Assembly (NCBI GenBank): GCA_963827685.1
Contig: CAWHBU010000004.1
Span: 672,001-736,000 of the forward strand
DNA length: 64,000 nucleotides
Direction of reading: 5' to 3'
Source: an uncultured delta proteobacterium
GTDB taxonomy: Bacteria > Desulfobacterota > BSN033 > UBA1163
Translations under genes and position numbers: made by a program
The notes under the pieces: model-generated
The model's input: the letters and a program-made list of their open reading frames with translations, nothing else
Database searches by the model: none
Told to the model about the DNA's origin: nothing
Part shown: positions 9,570 through 18,629 of the stretch, piece by piece
How positions within the stretch are numbered: the stretch's first letter is position 1
Layout of the letters: each line of letters starts with the position of its first letter

Positions 9570-11234
9570 TTACCAGGCTCTTCCTTTCTTCTCCCAGATT
9601 TTCTCCAGCTTGAAGTCTTCTACAATGACCTTGAAACAGTTATAACTGGACCCGCGAGCAATTCCCCCCCCGGAATGCATGTTGGAGGAACAGATATACA
9701 TATTTTTGAGGAAAGGAATTCGATAACTCGAGAGGTCTGGGATGGGTCTGAACCGGTCGTTCTGGGAAGCATCCATGGCTCCTTCCACCCATCCGCCCTC
9801 GATCATATCGGGATGCCTCATATTTGTATCATAAGGCGTGGTGATGAAGGCCTCGATGACATTGTCACGTGTCATATTGGGAGCGTAGATCTGCCATTGT
9901 TTGAGCATCAAATCCTCCACCTCTTTTTTCATCTTGAGCCATTGTCTCTCCGTAAAGAGGTGCAAGGGGGGGGCAAATTCTTCTAACAGAATGGTGTGTT
10001 TCCCCTCCGGTGCGCGCGTTTTGTCCCAGATGCTATCCGGTGCAGCGAGGATATACCACTTTTCAGGAAATCCTTTGGTAAAGATGTCTGCCTGGTATTT
10101 CCAGGAGAGGTATTCAGGGTCTTTCTCTCCCATATAGAGTCGCGGCTGAAGGCCTATATCTGGATTTAAGGAGGCGGCTTTATAATTCGGAAGTTCATGC
10201 ATGGCCATGTTTCCCCAATAGATCTGAGCGCGGTTATACCGGATGTTTCTGATGCGCCTGGCCACTTTTGCAGTAACATAATTTTCTCCCAAGAGTCTGA
10301 ATATCGTCTGGGGAACTCCCAAATCACTGATCACCAGCTGCTTTGCCTCAACTTCTATTCCATTTGAAAGTTTGACCCCTTTCGCCCTTCCATTCTCAAC
10401 GATGACTTTATCTGCTTCAGTCTCCACACAGAACTCTCCTCCCATGGCACTGAAGGCTCTCTGAAGAGCATGGGTAATGGTATGGGTTCCGCCATAGACA
10501 ATTGAGGCCGATTCAAAGGAAAGGGCCAGGCCGATCACGTGGACAAAGACATACAAGCCAATCACATCCCCTGGGAAACAGCCAGTGGAGGTTTCAATGG
10601 CCCTCATGAAGAGACACTGTAGTTCAGGGCTCTCAAAAAGATCCATAGCGATCTGGGATCCTGTCATGAATTGATAAACCGGATCGATCCCGTCTACGGG
10701 ATCGTCACAGAGTTTTTCGAGGGCATTCTTGACTCCCCAGGGTGTGGGAGGACTATAACGATATTCTCGAAAGGCAGCCCGCCACTTTCTCTGATATTTT
10801 CCGAGGAGTTCGAGATAGGTCTCTGCGTCCGTTTTCGAGAAGCGGGCGATCTCATTGTAGGTCTTCTTGACGTTTTCCTCGGAGTACTGTTCTTTACCCG
10901 TTAGGGGGTCGACACGAAATGCCGAATAGCCGACAAAACAGGTTCCATCTGGATAGACCATCCCTTCATTCTGGTCTGGGAAAATATATTTTAAGCCATA
11001 CTCCCTCAGGTTGAAATCGGTATAAGCAGGATGGGTCCAGAATCGGGTGAAGTGGGCACATGTATTCTGAATAAATCCAGGCAGGGGAAGTTCTTCCCCA
11101 CAGGCCCCTCCCCCTAATTCATGCTGACGTTCGAAGATCACTGTTTTAAGACCTGCATGTTGCAAATAGCAGGCAATGATCGTCCCGTGGTGTCCTCCAC
11201 CAACGATAATCGCATCATAACTTGTATCTGGCAT
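9570..11234 (-). CDS. Phytoene-dehydrogenase-like FAD-dependent oxidoreductase (paralog B)
   Basis: YDAIIVGGGHHG..FERQHELGG; DKTRAPEGKHT; C-terminal YICSSNMHSGGG. Confidence 0.85.
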   Translation of the reverse strand: MPDTSYDAIIVGGGHHGTIIACYLQHAGLKTVIFERQHELGGGACGEELPLPGFIQNTCAHFTRFWTHPAYTDFNLREYGLKYIFPDQNEGMVYPDGTCFVGYSAFRVDPLTGKEQYSEENVKKTYNEIARFSKTDAETYLELLGKYQRKWRAAFREYRYSPPTPWGVKNALEKLCDDPVDGIDPVYQFMTGSQIAMDLFESPELQCLFMRAIETSTGCFPGDVIGLYVFVHVIGLALSFESASIVYGGTHTITHALQRAFSAMGGEFCVETEADKVIVENGRAKGVKLSNGIEVEAKQLVISDLGVPQTIFRLLGENYVTAKVARRIRNIRYNRAQIYWGNMAMHELPNYKAASLNPDIGLQPRLYMGEKDPEYLSWKYQADIFTKGFPEKWYILAAPDSIWDKTRAPEGKHTILLEEFAPPLHLFTERQWLKMKKEVEDLMLKQWQIYAPNMTRDNVIEAFITTPYDTNMRHPDMIEGGWVEGAMDASQNDRFRPIPDLSSYRIPFLKNMYICSSNMHSGGGIARGSSYNCFKVIVEDFKLEKIWEKKGRAW

Positions 11235-11250
11235 GAGATTTCCTCCTTTT

Positions 11251-11484
11251 CTATTTCTTCTTCATCATTAACGAAAGGGCGTAATAGAGGATGGAGGGTT
11301 TAAAGAGGAGCTTGATGAAGTTCCTCAGGTCCGCTCCTTCCAAGGTGGCAGTAATAACCCAGTGGATGGGTTCGGTGGACTCGATTTTCAGTTTCAGGGT
11401 TTCCGCTCCTTCTGGATCTTTAAAGAGTTGAGTAAAGGATGCAATCATGGTGGTCTGGCCCAAACCTGTCGAATTGACTTTCAT
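11251..11484 (-). CDS. Small hypothetical protein (77 aa) between the two flavoproteins
   Basis: AGGAGG then ATG at 11484 (MKVNSTGLGQTT..); tightly packed in the operon. Confidence 0.7.
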   Translation of the reverse strand: MKVNSTGLGQTTMIASFTQLFKDPEGAETLKLKIESTEPIHWVITATLEGADLRNFIKLLFKPSILYYALSLMMKKK

Positions 11485-11494
11485 GATGAACCTC

Positions 11495-13111
11495 CTATAG
11501 CAGACCGTTTGCTTTCGCCTTGGTGACAATCTCAGGTTCTTTCCACCATTTTTGGATCCCCAGGTCCTGAGCGATTCGGTTGGCAGCGTTATAACCTGCA
11601 CCATAGGTCACTAACCCTCCGGGGAAGGTGGAAGCTCCACAAATGTAAAGATTTTTAATCGGCGTGGCATATTGAGAACAGAGTTCGTTTGGCCTCAAGT
11701 ATCCCATCTGAAGAGGATAGTAACCTCCTTGCTTAATGGATCCTTCCACCATGTCTGCAAATTTATTTTCGATGTCCAGTGGAGAGGCAATATAGGTCCA
11801 GAGAATATTATCCTCCGTCATATTAGGTGCGTGCTTCTTAAGTTTATCGATCAATCCTTTGGCATGTTCTTGGCGGATCTTATACCACCTATCAGGGCCT
11901 CCCTCCTTTAGACGGTAGGGTGCATGTTCTGATATTAAACCGGTGTGTCTCCCTGGAGGTGCTTCTGAGGGATCGAAAATGGTTGGAAAGCAGCAGTTGA
12001 ACCCGGATGGCTTGAGTTCTCCATTTTTTAAGGCTTTAAAATGATCGATCAGATTCTCTTCCGTCTCAAATCCGAGAACATAAATAAAAGCTTTATTTAA
12101 ATCGGGATTCGAAGCTGCAGCAGCAAATTGGGGTACATTAAAAAGCGCAAGGTGGATATCGAAGAGGGACCACTTCTCCCATTTCCAGTCCTTCGTCCGC
12201 GTGACAAGATCTTTTGGGAGATCCTTCTCCCCGATATACTTGAGAAACGTTTGATAGGGGTCGATGCTGGAGGCAACAAACTTGGTAGCTGTGTAAACCG
12301 TTCCATCATCTAATTCAATCCCTTTTGCCGTTCCATTTTCCACGATGATTCTCTTGATGATCTGACTTCCTAAGATCATTCCTCCATGACGATAAAGAAA
12401 TTTAGACATCAAGTTGGCCATATGATGAGAGCCTCCCACGCAGAGCCGATAGTTAGAAGCTCGATTGATCATGAGTGGAACCAGGTAACCCAGCCCTTCC
12501 AGATCATAATCCAATCCCCACAGACAGGTGGCATAGAGCATTAGCGTCCTGATTTGATTATTTTCGAAAATACTATGCACGATATCGATTGGTTTCTTTT
12601 CAGAAAGGGCACTGATTTCTTGACCAAGAGGACTGGAATGGAGTTTCACGACCTGTTCGAAGGCTGGCTTGGCCATATCGTAAGTAGCGGGTCCCAAGAA
12701 GGCATCTACATATTCCTTAAACCGTTTATAGGTATCCCGATAGGCATCGGCATCTTTCTTAGAGAATTGAGCAAATGAAGCACATGTTTTTTCCACATCC
12801 GAATAGATGCAAAGGCTACGGCCATCTGCGAAAGGCATCGCCATGACCAAATCGGGATGAATATATTGGAGATCATAAGTTTTATCCAGGTCGAGATCAG
12901 GGAATACTGGGGCATAATCCACCATGGGATGGTAGATCGCATGGGTATTGTGAATAAACCCGGGGATCGTGACCATCTCCGAGCAAAGGCCCCCTCCCAT
13001 TTCGTATCTCTTTTCTAAGATCAGGATCTTTAGCCCTGCTTTGGAAAGGTAACAACCTAAAGTGAGTCCATTGGGCCCACCACCAATGATAATGCCATCG
13101 TATTGGGGCAT
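11495..13111 (-). CDS. Phytoene-dehydrogenase-like FAD-dependent oxidoreductase (paralog A)
   Basis: [21 protein letters not shown]; [11 protein letters not shown]; [17 protein letters not shown]. Confidence 0.85.
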   Translation of the reverse strand: MPQYDGIIIGGGPNGLTLGCYLSKAGLKILILEKRYEMGGGLCSEMVTIPGFIHNTHAIYHPMVDYAPVFPDLDLDKTYDLQYIHPDLVMAMPFADGRSLCIYSDVEKTCASFAQFSKKDADAYRDTYKRFKEYVDAFLGPATYDMAKPAFEQVVKLHSSPLGQEISALSEKKPIDIVHSIFENNQIRTLMLYATCLWGLDYDLEGLGYLVPLMINRASNYRLCVGGSHHMANLMSKFLYRHGGMILGSQIIKRIIVENGTAKGIELDDGTVYTATKFVASSIDPYQTFLKYIGEKDLPKDLVTRTKDWKWEKWSLFDIHLALFNVPQFAAAASNPDLNKAFIYVLGFETEENLIDHFKALKNGELKPSGFNCCFPTIFDPSEAPPGRHTGLISEHAPYRLKEGGPDRWYKIRQEHAKGLIDKLKKHAPNMTEDNILWTYIASPLDIENKFADMVEGSIKQGGYYPLQMGYLRPNELCSQYATPIKNLYICGASTFPGGLVTYGAGYNAANRIAQDLGIQKWWKEPEIVTKAKANGLL

Positions 13112-13186
13112 AATTCTCTCTCCTTTCCTAATGATGATTGTCCGTAGTTAAAAAGGTAGGGTTTACTAAAACTACATTTTCCAGTA

Positions 13187-14727
13187 TGTTTAAGCGAAGT
13201 CAATATGTCCCCTTAACTGCAACGTGAAAATGTCCCCTCCAAGGGTTTTGATCTTGACCCTTGAGTGAGTGGATGAACTTCAATTTGAGTTTCTTTTTTT
13301 TAAGTGAGCTCTCATAAGAGATCCCTATTAATGGGCAACAAGCGAAATGTGAATCGCCAGGTTGCGCTACAATCAACGATGTTCGATGAGCAGGGGGTAA
13401 GGGTCACCTTCCCTGGAGGGTGCTGAAGCGAGATAGACCCAGTGGTAATCTTTAACTCCTTTTGCATGGTGTTTCTTTCGGGGAAGAGCTCTCACCGGTT
13501 CCCGGAGGGAAGTAGGAGGATGTTTCGCAATCAACTGATCTTGAGCGTAGATTCTCCAAGATCCGTTGAGAAGCTGCCGAGCTTCCACCTTGAGCTTCGC
13601 ATAGGATCTTCTTTGAGGGCCAGGGGGAATATCGAGAACCAATCCTCCCAGCCGAGCCGTATTATCGTTGCCGACCGTAGCCGTATAGCGAAAGCTGATG
13701 ATTCGATCCAGGTCCAGATGGTTTGGGACTTCTCTCCAGGCTTTTTGGGATTCTCTGGGTCTGACGGCAAAGCGACGGTTAAAGTCTTTTAAAAAGGTTG
13801 ATTGTAAAAAGCGATTGGCCTCTTCCATCGTTACAATTTCTTTTAAACGGAGTTCTGCTCCCAGACGATCCTGCAGGGTGGCAAAGAGTTTTTCTATCCT
13901 TCCTTTGGCCTGAGGAGAAAGAGCCGAGATCGGCTCAATCCCCAAGGCTTCGAGAGCTAATCCGACTTGAGTCGGTTCCTGTCGGCCAGCGAGTTGCTCT
14001 TCCAAGCTCCAGTGAGGGTCATTCCGATGCAACGACCCGTGGCGATCCTGATAGATCATCATTGGGATTCCATATTTTTTAATCATCTCTTTAAGAAGCC
14101 AGAAATAGCCTGCGGAACCTTCAAAGGGAAAGAAACGGGCGGCCAGCAGTTTCCCGGTCGCATCATCGATGGCAGCCATCAGACAGCAAGGTGGAAGGTC
14201 TCGGCCAAACCAGGGGTGGGGACTCCCATCCCAGAGGACCATCCATCCTTCTTGAGCCATTCGCTCCCGTCGCTTTCGATGCTTAGGTCCCCGACGCCTG
14301 CGCTTGGGTGCCATCCCCGCCTCCCGCCGTAACTTCCTCACCGTCTCTCGATTCAAATCGATCCCTTCGCACTCCCGAAGTTTCTCCGTAAAATGGGTAT
14401 CGTTAAAGTCCCAGTAAACCTCTTCCGACAGCTTTAATACCCTTTCTCGTAAGGACTCCTTGAGCCGGTGGTTCGAAGGTCGTCCCCTGTTACCATGCAC
14501 CAAGGCTTTGATCCCTCTCTCCCGGATCGCTTGCCCAATCCGCTTCGCCTGACGGTAGGACACACCTATCCTCTCTCCAGCCTCCCTCAAGGTGATCTTC
14601 CCTACCTTTACGATCTCCATCAGATGCCACCTCTTTAACTCCCTCTGCCCCATGAGTATCTTCTCCTGTTCCATGGGGACATTTTAACTTAAGCAGTTAA
14701 TGGGGACATTTCTACTTTGCTAACACA
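13187..14727. mobile_element. Insertion sequence, IS1202 (ex-ISNCY) type, 16-bp target duplication
   Basis: Imperfect terminal inverted repeats TGTTTAAGCGAAGTCAATATGTCCCC / TGTGTTAGCAAAGTAGAAATGTCCCC. ACTACATTTTCCAGTA is duplicated at 13171-13186 and 14728-14743. Confidence 0.9.
13373..14674 (-). CDS. DDE transposase (ISNCY/IS1202 family)
   Basis: N-terminal HTH; WDGSPHPW, IDDATG, YQDRHG, PQAKGRIEK..TLQDRL. Confidence 0.92.
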   Translation of the reverse strand: MEQEKILMGQRELKRWHLMEIVKVGKITLREAGERIGVSYRQAKRIGQAIRERGIKALVHGNRGRPSNHRLKESLRERVLKLSEEVYWDFNDTHFTEKLRECEGIDLNRETVRKLRREAGMAPKRRRRGPKHRKRRERMAQEGWMVLWDGSPHPWFGRDLPPCCLMAAIDDATGKLLAARFFPFEGSAGYFWLLKEMIKKYGIPMMIYQDRHGSLHRNDPHWSLEEQLAGRQEPTQVGLALEALGIEPISALSPQAKGRIEKLFATLQDRLGAELRLKEIVTMEEANRFLQSTFLKDFNRRFAVRPRESQKAWREVPNHLDLDRIISFRYTATVGNDNTARLGGLVLDIPPGPQRRSYAKLKVEARQLLNGSWRIYAQDQLIAKHPPTSLREPVRALPRKKHHAKGVKDYHWVYLASAPSREGDPYPLLIEHR

Positions 14728-14743
14728 ACTACATTTTCCAGTA

Positions 14744-14791
14744 TTGACAAGTCAATACAATTATTCTTATAATACCATAAGAAAAACTTAT
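14744..14791 (+). promoter_or_regulatory. sigma70 promoter and LysR-type box upstream of lysR1
   Basis: TTGACA(14744)-N18-TATAAT(14768); ATAAG-N5-CTTAT dyad (T-N11-A) at 14777-14791. Confidence 0.6.
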
Positions 14792-14956
14792 AGCAATTCA
14801 TAAACAATATATATTTCAAACTATTACGCCATATCAATTTTGCGAATTCTAAGCACAATTACTCTTATTTAGTGGATTAAAGTTGACTTCTTTCCTTATT
14901 CAAAATTTGAGATTTCTTATATAGGTGGACAAGGTATTTCTCTTAAGGAGCATTTT

Positions 14957-15901
14957 TTGAATCTCAAACAATTAGAAGCTTTTTATTTGGTGGTAAAGAG
15001 GAAGAGTTTTACTCGGGCAGCAGAAGAATTGAATGTGACCCAGCCTGCTGTCACCATCCAAGTCAAATCCTTAGAGAAGTCATTGAATTTGAAACTCATC
15101 AATCAGATAGGGAAAAGAGTACAATTAAATGAAGCTGGAGAACTCCTCTACGAATATGCGGAGAAAATCTTTGATCTTGTCAACGATGCCGATGAGAAGA
15201 TGAGGGATTTCAAGAAACTGATGAGAGGGACGCTTCAGATTGGGACAACAAAGAATTATGCCCGTTACATCATGCCTTCTTTGCTCTCCGAGTTTCAGAG
15301 GAGATTTCCTCGTATCAAGGTCATTTTAGATGAAGGGAACTCCGAGGATATGGCCAAGAGTGTCTTTGAGAAGAAAAATGAACTCGCCCTCATCTCCCAA
15401 CTGAACCTTGATCGAAAAATCAAATCAACCTTTTTCTCGACAGTAGAGTTTGTTCTGGTTGTTTCACCCGAACACAGGTTCTCGCAGAGGAAGAGCATCT
15501 CCCTGAGAGAATTGAATGGTGAACCGGTGATTTTGAGGGAAAAGGGATCTGGTTCAAGGGCGGCCATTTTGAGGAAATTTCAGGAATACGGGATCTGGCC
15601 ATCGGTAATTACTGAGGCAAGCAGTTTGGACTTTATCGTGGGATATGTGAAACAGAACAAAGGGGTTTCCTTCATGTTTCAGCCTGATATCGAAGAGGAA
15701 TTGGAGAAGGGAACCTTGAAAGTTATCTTCATCGAAGAGGGAAACATTATTTTCTTTACTGATCTCATCTATCACAGTGAAAAATCTCTCTCACCTCCTA
15801 GCCAAGCCTTCCTAAAAATGGTGGGAGAATTAAGGGGCCAGGGTAAAGGGGAGTTTAGGGCAGGGTTCGTCCCGCCAAGTTCCGTTCTTCAAACCTACTG
15901 A
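14957..15901 (+). CDS. LysR-family transcriptional regulator
   Basis: SFTRAAEELNVTQPAVTIQVKSLE HTH; REKGSGSR in the effector domain. Confidence 0.92.
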   Translation: MNLKQLEAFYLVVKRKSFTRAAEELNVTQPAVTIQVKSLEKSLNLKLINQIGKRVQLNEAGELLYEYAEKIFDLVNDADEKMRDFKKLMRGTLQIGTTKNYARYIMPSLLSEFQRRFPRIKVILDEGNSEDMAKSVFEKKNELALISQLNLDRKIKSTFFSTVEFVLVVSPEHRFSQRKSISLRELNGEPVILREKGSGSRAAILRKFQEYGIWPSVITEASSLDFIVGYVKQNKGVSFMFQPDIEEELEKGTLKVIFIEEGNIIFFTDLIYHSEKSLSPPSQAFLKMVGELRGQGKGEFRAGFVPPSSVLQTY

Positions 15902-15908
15902 AAATCCA

Positions 15909-16643
15909 TCAACATCTTCGTCTTTTATCCTCACTGTAGAGATTTAGAAATTGATTGACGGCCTCCTGGGCGAATTCTCGAGTGTTAAGGTGGAGATTGA
16001 GCTCGATGATCGGGATCTTCGGATCGATATGAATCTTCAACTCGTCGAGGAAGGCGCGATCCCCCACTGGATCATAAAGAGGCATCCCTTCCTTATCGAG
16101 AGAAGACCATCCCTTCAAGGGGATGAGAATAGCCACAGGTCCTCTTGACCGATTTAATTTTCTGGCCACCTCTCCTGCAATTTCTTTCAACTCCTGAGGA
16201 TTGGTGCGAGCTTGAACCCTAAAAGCATCCGGAATGAAAAGTTTTCTATTTTTGATATCCTTTGATACCCAAAGGGGATCTCCTCGATCACCTCTTTCCA
16301 ATGGCCCACAACTGAGCATATCAAATCCGCAAGGCGTGATAATTTGAGGAATGCCCAGTTTCCCGGCGGTCACCACAACATTTCTTCTCAATTGAGCAGC
16401 CAGCTTTTCTGAAATCTTTTTTACCAAGGCGTCCTCTTTATGCCCGATAAAAGTAAAATTGGAAGAGGTGGCACTCCATTTTTTCGGATTCTTTAAGCTG
16501 GGCCTCGGAATGGCGATTCCCACAGCACCGATATGAAATCGGGTTCCTCCCCAGGTGGAAATCAAGAGGTCTTGGCCCACCTCTTGAACAAAACCCTGGA
16601 TCCTGAATCGACCTTTCGAAATTTCAACCAAAAATCTTTTCAT
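15909..16643 (-). CDS. Chimeric ORF: LpdD-like N-terminus fused to a Tm-1/UPF0261 C-terminal domain
   Basis: N half GGTRFHIGAV..GHKED..VVVTAG; C half AGKLGIPQII..IPLKGWSS..YDP aligns with the C-terminus of 17405-18622. Confidence 0.65.
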   Translation of the reverse strand: MKRFLVEISKGRFRIQGFVQEVGQDLLISTWGGTRFHIGAVGIAIPRPSLKNPKKWSATSSNFTFIGHKEDALVKKISEKLAAQLRRNVVVTAGKLGIPQIITPCGFDMLSCGPLERGDRGDPLWVSKDIKNRKLFIPDAFRVQARTNPQELKEIAGEVARKLNRSRGPVAILIPLKGWSSLDKEGMPLYDPVGDRAFLDELKIHIDPKIPIIELNLHLNTREFAQEAVNQFLNLYSEDKRRRC

Positions 16644-16772
16644 GGAATTGGTTCCAATTTTAGAAAGTCAGTGAGATTCTGTCAACCCCGATTTATCCTT
16701 TCTAGGCTACTCCCGATTCGGAATTTAGTAAAAAACTTAGTGGATGTGGTGACCAGAAACGAATGAAGAGAG

Positions 16773-17339
16773 TTAATCAGCCGCCGTCCCCCATCTTCTA
16801 AATAGGTTCGCATCGATAGAGAAAAGGTCGAGAACCTTTCCAATGGTTTGGTTGATTAAATCTTCGATGGTCTTCGGATGATGATAAAAAGCAGGGATAG
16901 GAGGCATAACAATTCCTCCCATTCTTGTTACCTTGATCATCAGTTCAAGATGCCCCTCGTGCAAAGGTGTTTCCCTGACAAGAAGGACGAGCCTCCTCCT
17001 TTCCTTCAACATCACATCGGCCGCTCTCACAAGAAGGTTATGGCTATAGGAATTTGCAATCGCAGAAAGGGTCTTGATGGAGCAGGGAGCAACCACCATC
17101 CCATCCACCTGGAAGGAACCACTTGCCAAAGGTGCACTCAAATCCTCCTCGTCATAAACATGGGAGGCCATGGATTCAAGTTCCACCTTGTGATAGGTGG
17201 TTTCAATTTCCAAGTTTTTCAAACCTGCCTGGGTGATGATAAAATGAGTCTCCATTCCCAATTTAGAAAGGACTTCGAGGATTCTCACGCCGTAAATCAC
17301 ACCGGAAGCACCGGTCATTCCTACGACTATGCTTTTCAT
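16773..17339 (-). CDS. ubiX: Flavin prenyltransferase UbiX
   Basis: IVVGMTGASG, ASGSF, APCSIKTL, RAADV.LKERR, RETPL, PAFY. Confidence 0.93.
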   Translation of the reverse strand: MKSIVVGMTGASGVIYGVRILEVLSKLGMETHFIITQAGLKNLEIETTYHKVELESMASHVYDEEDLSAPLASGSFQVDGMVVAPCSIKTLSAIANSYSHNLLVRAADVMLKERRRLVLLVRETPLHEGHLELMIKVTRMGGIVMPPIPAFYHHPKTIEDLINQTIGKVLDLFSIDANLFRRWGTAAD

Positions 17340-17404
17340 ATAAGGAGTAAGATCACTTGACAATCGACACAGTCTTACACACTTCTTGAAATTTCGTATG
17401 CACC

Positions 17405-18622
17405 TTATGTAAACAGCCCAATGCTTTCTTTCACAATCGTCTGGGCGAAAAGAGGTTCCTCCATGTTAGCCTCGATTTCTATGAGTTCAATACCAGATTT
17501 CAGTTCCTTTTGCAGTTCTGAAACAAATATTTTATCCTCTTGGGGGTCATAGGTCGGGCTATTTGGTAAATCCACTGATGACCATCCTTTAAGAGGGATG
17601 ATGACTTTCACCGGTGCCTTTGATTTATTCAGTTTTTCTGCAAACGCATGCGCTGCTTTTACAAGTTCGTCAGGGGAAGCTCTGAGCCATGTACGAAATT
17701 TGTCGAGGTCATATTTTCTTCGACTTTTATGATCATTGGTATATTTAGATTTGGGAGGGGTAATATGATTCACCCCGCACGTGGAGATTATCTGAGGAAT
17801 CCCTACCTTCCCTGCCGTCTCCATCCGATTGGGTCCTGCATCCCTCATACCACCAACAAGATGCTCTATGACACCTCCAGGAGCTAAATCAATTACCCCG
17901 TTGAAGAGCCCCTGCTCTATCATTTTTTCCATAGCCCTATCCCCTATCCCTGCTGCAGAAAATCCTATAACCTGGTATCCTTTCCCTTCTAAGGACGTCC
18001 TCACGTTACTAGCACACTTTTCGCAAGGACCTAACATAGTAAGAGCAATAACATTCCTCTTCTTGTAAGCGTAAACTGTTTGAAGAGTGGGCGCATCCAC
18101 CATACCACAGATGGCATAAGCTCCTCTATCTATTACATTTTTAAGGATATCGCTTAGTCCTGAGATTTCTATAACAGAATGGATGAGGGCGATATCGCCT
18201 ATTTCAATATACCGGGTTGACATACCAGGGAGGGCAGCGGTTGAGGAAATCATAACTTTTGGAACTCCAAATGGAAGAATCCTCATCACATCTGTAGCCA
18301 TTAAAGAACCAGTAGACCCACCCATACCTATGATCCCATCAAGTTTTCCTTCTCTCCACATGTTAAGGGCAAGAGTCGCCGCACCTTTTGTCATGATCGC
18401 AGTGTTTTTTGCCCTTTCGTGGGATATAAGAATTTCCTCAAGTTTACTCCCTCCTGCCTCTGCCACCTTGTGAGCTGAAATATCAGCATTCATGCCCTCA
18501 GCCAATCTCATAGAGATGTCAAGAATCAAAGGATTTTTACCGAGTTGCCCTATTTTATCCCTTAGATAGAATGTTTCTGTTCCTTTGGTATCAAGGGTAG
18601 AGATGATCAAGATTGTTTTCAT
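17405..18622 (-). CDS. Tm-1-like ATP-binding domain protein (UPF0261)
   Basis: ISTLDTKG.E, GMGGSTGS, LPFGVPKVMIS, G.GDRAME, IPLKGWS. Confidence 0.88.
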   Translation of the reverse strand: MKTILIISTLDTKGTETFYLRDKIGQLGKNPLILDISMRLAEGMNADISAHKVAEAGGSKLEEILISHERAKNTAIMTKGAATLALNMWREGKLDGIIGMGGSTGSLMATDVMRILPFGVPKVMISSTAALPGMSTRYIEIGDIALIHSVIEISGLSDILKNVIDRGAYAICGMVDAPTLQTVYAYKKRNVIALTMLGPCEKCASNVRTSLEGKGYQVIGFSAAGIGDRAMEKMIEQGLFNGVIDLAPGGVIEHLVGGMRDAGPNRMETAGKVGIPQIISTCGVNHITPPKSKYTNDHKSRRKYDLDKFRTWLRASPDELVKAAHAFAEKLNKSKAPVKVIIPLKGWSSVDLPNSPTYDPQEDKIFVSELQKELKSGIELIEIEANMEEPLFAQTIVKESIGLFT

Positions 18623-18629
18623 TGCTATG

